Notes under the pieces: model-generated | Told to the model about the DNA's origin: nothing | The model's database searches: none | Seen by the model: the letters and a program-made list of their open reading frames with translations, nothing else | Part shown: positions 55,540 to 64,000 of the stretch, piece by piece | Numbering within the stretch: position 1 is the first letter of the stretch | How the letters are laid out: each line of letters begins with the position of its first letter | Program-made: the position numbers and the translations under genes | From: Eledone cirrhosa | Lineage: Eukaryota | Direction: 5' to 3' | Length of the DNA stretch: 64,000 nt | Assembly: GCA_964016885.1 (NCBI GenBank) | Contig: OZ024747.1 | Coordinates: 76,942,001-77,006,000 of the forward strand

Positions 55540-58500
55540 TGGGGCCCTTTCTGCCCGTGTGTTTGTTTGTTTATGTGTGTCCGTATACAGCGTGGTGATA
55601 ATGCCACACAAGGGCCAAGTGGGACGGCGGATCCACAGATGGCTATGTAAACATACATTCGCCAATCCTCGATAAGAGTGTTTAAATATCGAACATAAAC
55701 AGTTCGAATAACGGTGAAATGGAGACTAGAACGTCATGTGACAGACTCTCACCCAACAGGTGCCCCCTGGCTCAGCAGCAGGAACCTGACTGTCAACCAA
55801 ATACTGCTGATGTTGGAGGAAGAAGAAGAAGGAAAGGGGCCAGAACCAACTGGACGAAAGAATTGAATAGAACTGTTATGCAATGCTACCTGAAAAGTAA
55901 CCCCAAGGAGAGGGGCTACAGGAGACGGATGCATAACATCTGGAACGAGATTGGTTTATTTAAATTAGATGAACAAAAATTGGCCGGGCAGGCTCAGGTA
56001 ATAAGAACTAATGGGTGGATAAGCGAGCTGGAACTGGAGGAACTGAGCAGAGAGAATGGCTTGGAGATGGCGGGTGTAGTATGCCAGACAAGCGAGCCGG
56101 CGGGAAATGAAGGTGAGGAGGTCCTGAGAACGGAGGAACCACCCGAAGCAGACAATGATCTGAATACTGAGATAAATAATACCTGGAACAGAGATACGGC
56201 CACTGAGGAGATGAATGCTGACGGGCTAGGACAAGATTCGGTTGACATCCTAAATTTAGTGGTAGATGAGTTGAACAATGATAGTGGGAGACCTATGAAC
56301 CTAAGATTTGTAGACAGGAAAAAGTTAAAAGAAACAAGAGCTAAGGTAAACAAAGTCATCCCATACCTTGAGGCGAGGAGTCTTCACCAGTGCAACAATA
56401 TCCTCAAAGCAACAGCAAATACGGTGAGGAAACTACTTGGTATAAAAGCGAGAGGAAACAACAGACAAGAAAGAGCAGAGCCGTGGTGGAAGAAGCGACT
56501 GAGTGGGCAAATCGGGGAAATGAGAAATGACATAGGAAAGCTTGAGTCACTACTGAATGGGACACTAAAAAACATAGGCACTAAAAATAGACTGGAAATA
56601 AAATACAAAACTAGGAGTAAAAAGCTAAATATTATCATAGAGGAATTGAAGCAACGCATTGTAGCAAAGAGTGCCAAAATCAGGCGATACGAGAACAGAG
56701 TCAGTCAGTATAAACAGAACCGCATGTTCGACAACAACCAGAAGATGCTGTTTGGACAGCTTGAGGGGAAAGAAAGAGGCAACGACTTGATCCCTGGGGC
56801 GGAACAAGCTAAAACATTCTGGAGAGGAATATGGGAGCAGGATGTTAGACACAATGCCCAGGCAGGGTGGATTGAGACAGTACAGAGGGAGATCGGTGAG
56901 CAGGCACAGCAACAGACTGATTTGAGTATCACAGTTGAAACTCTTAAGGGGCAAGCCAAAAAACTAACCAACTGGAAATCACCAGGCCCAGATGGTGTGC
57001 AGGGGTATTGGATTAAACATTTAACATCCCTCCACCCGAAGCTGACGGCCATGTTCAATGACTGCTTGGTGTCGGGTGAGGTGCCAGAGTGGTTGACAAA
57101 AGGTACCACAGTTCTGATAATGAAAGACCGAATCAAGGGTAATGATGTTACCAACTATAGACCTATCACATGTCTGCCCGTAATGTGGAAACTGTTGACG
57201 AGCATTGTGTCTGAGGAAATCTACCATCACCTCCACACAAACAACTTGTTGCCGGACGAACAGAAAGGATGCCGAAAGAAGTCACGTGGTACAAAGGACC
57301 AGTTGCTTATTGATAAGATGGTAATGGGGAATTGCAGGAGGAGACACACTGATCTTGCCATGGGATGGATAGACTACAGAAAGGCATTTGACATGGTGCC
57401 TCATTCCTGGATCACCAAAAGCCTGGAGATCTTCAGGGTGGCAGATAACATCAGACAGTTGCTGGGCAGGAGTATGGGTCCTGGGAGACAGAGTTGACAT
57501 CAACTGGAGTATCCTTGGGAAGCGTGAAGATCAAGAGAGGTATCTTCCAGGGAGATAGCCTGTCCCCTCTGTTGTTTGTCCTTGCCCTGATGCCCTTGAC
57601 CATTATGCTGCGAAAAGTGAGAGCAGGATACAAGTTGGGAAGGGGAGAGCTTACCATCAATCACCTCCTCTTCATGGACGATCTTAAGCTCTTCGGGAAA
57701 AGTGAGAAGGAGTTGGATGTGCTTGTTGACACTGTCCGTATTTTCAGCAGTGATATATGTATGCAGTTTGGTATTGGTAAATGTGGAGTCATTGTGATGA
57801 GGAGGGGTAGGTTGAGCAGAAGTAACGGGATCCAGATACCAACAGGTGAGATGATAAAGGAAATTGACTCTGAGGAAGGATACAAGTATTTGGGCGTTCT
57901 GGAGGCTGATGGCATAAAGAACAAAAAAATGAAGGAATTGTTAAGAACTGAATACATTCGGAGAGTAAGGAGCGTATTGAAGTCACATCTGAACAGCAGA
58001 AATGCCATAAGCGCAGTAAATTCCCGAGCTGTGTCTATTATTAGGTACAGTGCGGGAATTCTGAGATGGAATGTTGCTGAACAAAAAGAAATGGATAGGA
58101 AGACTAGGAAGCTATTGACTATCTACAACATGTTCCACAAGAGGAGTGATGTCGATAGACTCTACCTAAGGAGATCTGAGGGTGGAAGAGGTCTTATCAG
58201 CATAGAGAACTGTGTTCAGATGGAGAAAAACAACCTATACAAATACGTGACCTATAGTAAGGAGCCAATGCTCAGAGCTGTACTGAAGGAGGGGACAGTA
58301 GGCCAGGGGATGTCCAAGGAGGAAATAACATCAAGGAGGAAGAGCAGCCTTAAGGGAAAATCCCTTCATAGTACCTTCTTTGAGAAAACTGAATTTAGAG
58401 ATCCACAGACATGGAACTGGTTGAGAAGAGGAGACCTCAAAAAGGCTACAGAAGGAATGCTAATGGCTGCGCAGGAGCAGGCCCTCAAAACGAAGTGGTT

Positions 58501-59184
58501 GAAGCACCATATCTACAAGGAGGAGGCTAGCCCACTGTGCAGGATCTGTGGAGAGAGAGAGGAGACTGTGGCTCACATTGTGTCCGAGTGTAAACACCTA
58601 GCCCAGACCCACTATAAGGGCTGGAGACACGATGTGATGGGCAGGGTGATCCACTGGCACCTGTGCAAAGTAAACAATCTACCACATTCTGAGAAATGGT
58701 ATGAGCATAGGCCAGAGGCGGTGATGGAGAACAGTCAGGTGAAGGTGCTGTGGGATTTTAGGATACAGACGGACAAAAAACTGGAACACAATAGACCTGA
58801 CCTGGTGGTTGTGGACAAAGAAAAAAGATCGTGCCTGATTGTGGATGTGGCCTGCCCGTTCGACACGAGAGTGCAAGAGAAGGAGAGGGAGAAAATTAAC
58901 CGATACCAGGACCTAAAGTGGGAGGTGAAAAGGATTTGGAACTGCCATGAAGTCAAAGTGATCCCGATTGTCATAGGCGCACTGGGGACTATCTCCAAAG
59001 GTTTCCAGGGATGGTTAAAGAAAATCGGCCCCTTCACGCTTTTTGGAACGCTTCAAAAGGCATGCTTGCTTGGAACGGCAAGAACCCTCCGATACGTCCT
59101 GAATATCTGAGGCTGCAGGTAGTGGCTTGATATTCAATCCAACGGACTTTCCAGTTAACCAACATCAATGACTGAGATTCAAGG
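55540..59184 (+). mobile_element. Near full-length R4/Dong-clade non-LTR retrotransposon (RT, CCHC, restriction-like endonuclease) with (TAA)n tail
   Basis: KSPGPDG, NYRPITCL, WIDYRKAFD, RGIFQGDSLSPLLF, LFMDDLKL, CRICGEREETVAHIVSEC, RHD, RPDLVV..DVACP..K..RY. The 3' UTR ends in AATAACAATAAC(AAT)n. The 5' boundary is uncertain. Confidence 0.92.
55719..59110 (+). CDS. R4/Dong polyprotein split by a single 1-nt frameshift near 57476-57480
   Basis: ORFs 55719-57497 and 57494-59110 join as ..RSMG-SWETELTSTG.. if one base is restored in ATGGGTCCTGG. Confidence 0.85.
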
Positions 59185-59218
59185 AATAACAATAACAATA
59201 ATAATAATAATAATAATA

Positions 59219-59730
59219 AATTTTCTAATTTTGGCACAAGGCCAGCAATTACTCCAGTGCATTACTGGTACTTTATTTTATCGACCCCATAAGGATGAAA
59301 GGCAAAGTTAACCTCGGCGGGATTTGAACTCAGAACGTAAAGGGCCATATCTCTATGCTGCAAAGTATGGTGTCTGTCGCTCTACCGATACTGCTAAAAT
59401 AATTGTTTCTACTTTTGGCACAAGGCCAGCAATTACTCCAGTGCATTACTGGTACTTTATTTTATCGACCTCGTAAGGATGAAAGGCAAAGTTAACCTCG
59501 GCGGGATTTGAACTCAGATCATAAAGGGAGGTAACTCTATGCTTCAAAGCATGGCGCCCGACCCTCTACCGATACTGCCAATCCACCAATAATAATAATT
59601 GTTTCTACTTTTTGGCACAAGGCCAGCAATTATCCCAGTGTATTACTGGTACTTTATTTTATCGACCCCGTAAGGATGAAAGGCAAAGTTAACCTCAGCG
59701 GGATTTGAACTCAGATCATAAAGGGCCGTA
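59219..59730 (-). mobile_element. Three tandem family-1 SINE copies in the Dong (TAA)n tail
   Basis: Three head-to-tail units starting TTTCTA(C/A)TTTTGGCACAAGGCCAGC, separated by AAT repeats. Confidence 0.85.
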
Positions 59731-59852
59731 ATAATAATAATGTTCTTTTTTTATTCACGACAAAGTGTTGACATTAAGAAAACATTAGAACGGCACAGGA
59801 TGAAAACATAGAGTGTGTTTGTGTATGCGTGTGTATGTGTGTATGTGTGTGT

Positions 59853-59897
<45 letters not shown>

Positions 59898-60790
59898 TGT
59901 GTATGTGTGTGTGTGCGTGTGTATGTGTATGTCGGCGTGTGGGTTTTGCGTGTAAACAGGTTTAACTAACAACAAACGCTCAATAGTTTTAGAATAAATA
60001 ACAGAAGTGTGGACTCACTCGTGGAATGAATGGATATTTGAGAAAAAATAACTGCTCCTAAGCATCAAGGAAAAAGTTATTGTCTATCAATCAAAGTCTG
60101 TTCTAAGCGGTAGTCTCATCAAGCCGGTACTTATCCCCAGTTTCCTTGGTGTTAAGTGACTGAGCGTACAAGACTCTCCCTGGACAAGTTGCTAGTCTAT
60201 CGAAGGTTTAACTCCCCAGCTGGTACTCACTATCAGCTCAAGAACACAACACTGCAGCCTGTCCAGGAATCGAACTGACAACATTACGATCATACGTCAA
60301 GCATCTTAACAATGACGCCATGCCCTTTCATAAAAATAGAATAAAATAAAATAAAACAGGACAGCAGAGTCAATACAAAGTTTGACTTCGATATTTCTAT
60401 ATATTTCTATATTTGCAATGAAAGACTTTTGTCTAGTCTCTGTATCGACAACATTTACGACACAGCAACTCCTTAGAAACATGTGACAGCCGACGGCAAA
60501 TGATTCATTTTGATATTTTGCTATACGTTTCAGTGGAAATCAAGCCGTTAGATACAAGTAGTAAAACAACGGGTAATCGATATCCGGTGATTATATGAGT
60601 AGATGGATAAACCTTAAAGCTGAAATTGTTGATTTTCTATTTGACTCGGAATATGAATAGGGAAAAGGTAAAACGACTTCGTAAATGAGATGAGAGTAAT
60701 GTATAGTGTAGGACTAAATATATAGAACGAAACATTATAGTTTCGGCGTTTCTGGTTATATATATATATACATATATATATATGTGTGTG

Positions 60791-60821
<31 letters not shown>

Positions 60822-61024
60822 ATTGTGTGAGTGTGTGTGTGTGCATGGTCATTGTACAGAACATAATATTAAGGAAATGACTGAAAGAATTTACTCCCTC
60901 CATGATAGTGCGATAGTTACATTATATTGAAGGACAGTCAATTTACTGTTGAGTTTCCTGTACATTTCGGATAAATTCATAACCCTTTATTTTGTGGTAA
61001 TAGATCCATGAGGTTTTACTGAAT

Positions 61025-62010
61025 CGATTATTGGCGACTGTTAGCGATTATTGCCGATTGTTGGCGATTATTGCCGATTGTTGGTGATTGATGGCGATTG
61101 CTGGCGATTGTTGATTGTTGGCGATTATTACCGATTGTTGCCGATGGTTGCCGATTGTTGATGATTGTTGGTGATTGTTAGCGATTATTGCCGATTGTTG
61201 GCGATTCTTGCCGATTGTTGGTGATTGTTGCCGATTGATGGCGATTGATGGTGATTGCTGGCGATTGATGGTGATTGATGTCGATTGATGGCGATTGCTG
61301 GCGATTGATAGTGATTGATGGCGATTGATGGCGATTGCTGGCGATTGATGGTGATTGTTGGCGATTGCTGGCATTTGATGGTGATTGTTTGCGATCGCTG
61401 GCGATTGATGGTGATTGCTGGCGATTGATGGCGATTGCTGGCGATTGATGGTGATTGATGGCGATTGATGGCGATTGCTGGCGATTGATGGTGATTGTTG
61501 GCGATTGCTGGCATTTGATGGTGATTGTTTGCGATCGCTGGCGATTGATGGCGATTGCTGGCGATTGATGGTGATTGATGGCGATTGATGGCGATTGCTG
61601 GCGATTGATGGCGATTGCTGGCGATTGATGGTATTGTTGGCGATTTCTGGCGATTGATGGTGATTGATGGCGATTGATGGTGATTGTTGGCGATTATTGC
61701 CGATTGTTGGTGATTGTTGGTGATTGTTGGCGAGTATTGCTGATTGTTGGCGAGGGTTGCCGATTGTTGCCAATTGTTGGTGATTGTTGCCGATTGTTGC
61801 CGATTGTTGGTGATTGTTAGCGAGTATTGCTGATTGTTGGCGAGGGTTGCCGATTGTTGCCAATCGTTGGTGATTGTTGCCGATTGTTGCCGATTGTTGG
61901 TGATTGTTGGTGATTGTTAGCTATTATTGCCGATTGTTGGAGATTGTTGCCGATTGTTGGTGATTGTTGCCGATTGTTGGCGATTGTTGGCGATTGTTGG
62001 CGATTGCTGG
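61025..62010. repeat. 10-bp minisatellite (GGCGATTGNT-like)
   Basis: Clear 10-nt periodicity, with higher-order duplications. Confidence 0.9.
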
Positions 62011-62866
62011 CTATTTGTCTCATAAACCTCACCATTGAAACACTAAAATAGCCATCACAATGAACAAGTATCCCCCAATATTACAGCCATATATAAGAGG
62101 GCGATGTCGGAAGAGCGTCGGACAATATACCTAGTGGTATATAGTTACGTCCCTATATTAATTTGTATAACACTTTAATTCTTTAAGTTTGAAGAATGCA
62201 CCTTTTGAGATGTGCGTCCTATGCGGCAGTCTAGTTGACACAATGGTGGAGCCGACCATTCCTATTTCTTAAGTCTTGTGTGATCACAAAATGCAGTACA
62301 ATTCCAAATGTATTCATCTGAACATAATGTCTACAAAATACTATGTACTTGATCTCTGTCTACTGAATGGAATATTCTAAAGCATCGGTGTATAATATAA
62401 CATCATCGATTTTACTGCAGTTTTTCCAATGAAGTTGTTTTATAAATAATGACTTCCAGATATTTGAGGTTATACAATGTATCAAAATCAGCCCCCTGGG
62501 ACAAAGAATATTTGTTTTACTGTGTGTTCTGTGACAAATTGAGCTAGCTCAAATATATTTATTTCCATTAAATTGTATAGAATTCCACCCCAGTCAAATT
62601 TGCTAAAGAGTGAATAATTTATTGCAGTAAAGTTTGTCTCGGAGTTTTTGCGCAGTTTAAAGTCATCAGCTAAATTCTTGCTTTTAATACAACTAAATTA
62701 TCATAAAAACCACCAATACGACCACGACCAAGACTTCAACGACCACCAATAACACTATGCTTGGTATAGTTAGTAAACAGTCATAACGTTTCGACGCTAG
62801 TTCTTCATCGTGCGAGAGAAGACTGAAGAGAAAAAAAGGAAGACAGACAAGAGCAAAACATGTGTA

Positions 62867-62926
<60 letters not shown>

Positions 62927-64000
62927 TATATATATATATAAAGTGATTTTCGATACGGCTAGTATTTAATGTTCTAAGACCTTCAACAGAGAAAAATAGT
63001 AATCTTCTACCCACAAAGATATCAGTAGCTTGTAGTTATTTACGATGTATGCAAACTTGGACGCAACTAAACGGGTCAGTCTAATTTGCGTAAAAATGCA
63101 TACACCGATAACGTAGATTAATTAACCAATGTCGGTTTTCCTCAATAGCATAACATGACACAATACAGCTTGCCATGTGAGCTGGAGCAACGTGAAATAA
63201 AATGTCTGGCTCAGTGACTCATTACGCTGCCCGTTCCTGAAATGGAATTTACAATCAGAAGATTGTGAGCCAAACATTCTGACTACTATGCCACGTATCT
63301 TCACTTCTTCGTAAATAGCTACGTATTTATATCACTTCTTGCTCCGAGCAAGAGAAACAAGGAAACTGCTGATATAAATGTATATGCCTTGGAACCTGTT
63401 GTTCTCAACAGAACTATAAGGAATGGACAATTTTTAACACCCTCAAACTAAAACCTATCCCTATTTTAGCGAAAAACGTTGTTTTTAAAAATAATGTTAT
63501 TTTGATGCTGTGAATAATTGCATATCTTTAGGCAGTTAACAATAAATTTCTGCCTTACTGTTGTAAAGCATATCTTATAAGCATTTGATTTATATAAAGG
63601 AAATGATAGTTGGCCTGATAGTAAAATAAAAGGAGACTGTTTGGAATACTCCTGATATAGGGATAGAATTTTCATCTGATATAGATACAGATTTGTGTAA
63701 AGAAATGTTTGAGCTTTCAATTTCGAACATGGGTGCAGAATATGATCACGAATACAAGCGGCGGAAATGGGTGGAAATGGGTAAAAACGAACAAAAAAGA
63801 ACACATCCCTTCATTAACTATTACATGAGGTTCAACACTGCTTTGCCAGTTTAACCAACAGGACTGCATGCATTATAGTAGTGCCAATGTCGAAATGGCT
63901 TCTACAGGACTAGAACTGTAATGATTTCTTTTGAATGAAAAGGTTCTAGTCCTGTAGAATCCATTTATGTATTAAACTTGATGTTTACACTCTAGTAATG

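Noticed and set aside
57470-57497. Programmed frameshift in the Dong ORF
   Set aside because: No slippery heptamer; it falls inside RT of a single-ORF clade, so an indel or sequencing error is more likely.
61048-61863. 271-aa repetitive ORF
   Set aside because: Translation of a 10-bp minisatellite.

Overview
AT-rich, microsatellite-saturated animal genomic DNA with one 200-N gap. The SINE families resemble those of octopus/cephalopods (inference). Host genes: the first coding exon of an IRF2BP/EAP1-family zinc-finger gene (minus strand, 4815-3951) and a tetraspanin 3' segment (minus strand, ~20087-20473). Mobile DNA: an array of R4/Dong-type restriction-like-endonuclease LINEs in (TAA)n (51.1-59.2 kb, one near full length), a 5'-truncated Neptune-type Penelope-like element (PLE) with a 3' hammerhead ribozyme, a decayed second PLE, internally deleted RTE derivatives in (CATA)n, two tRNA-SINE families, a hAT MITE and a probable Helitron. 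The main unexplained signal is more than 20 short inserts in or beside (TA)n tracts, from at least 8 sequence families. Most carry all or part of a type I hammerhead ribozyme (HHR), a ~70-110 nt tail and often a fold-back inverted copy whose turn lies at or near the ribozyme. Three of these families share a GTATTGAGTAC hairpin motif. Nearly all long ORFs in the supplied track are microsatellite artefacts. All alignments and RNA folds were done by eye.
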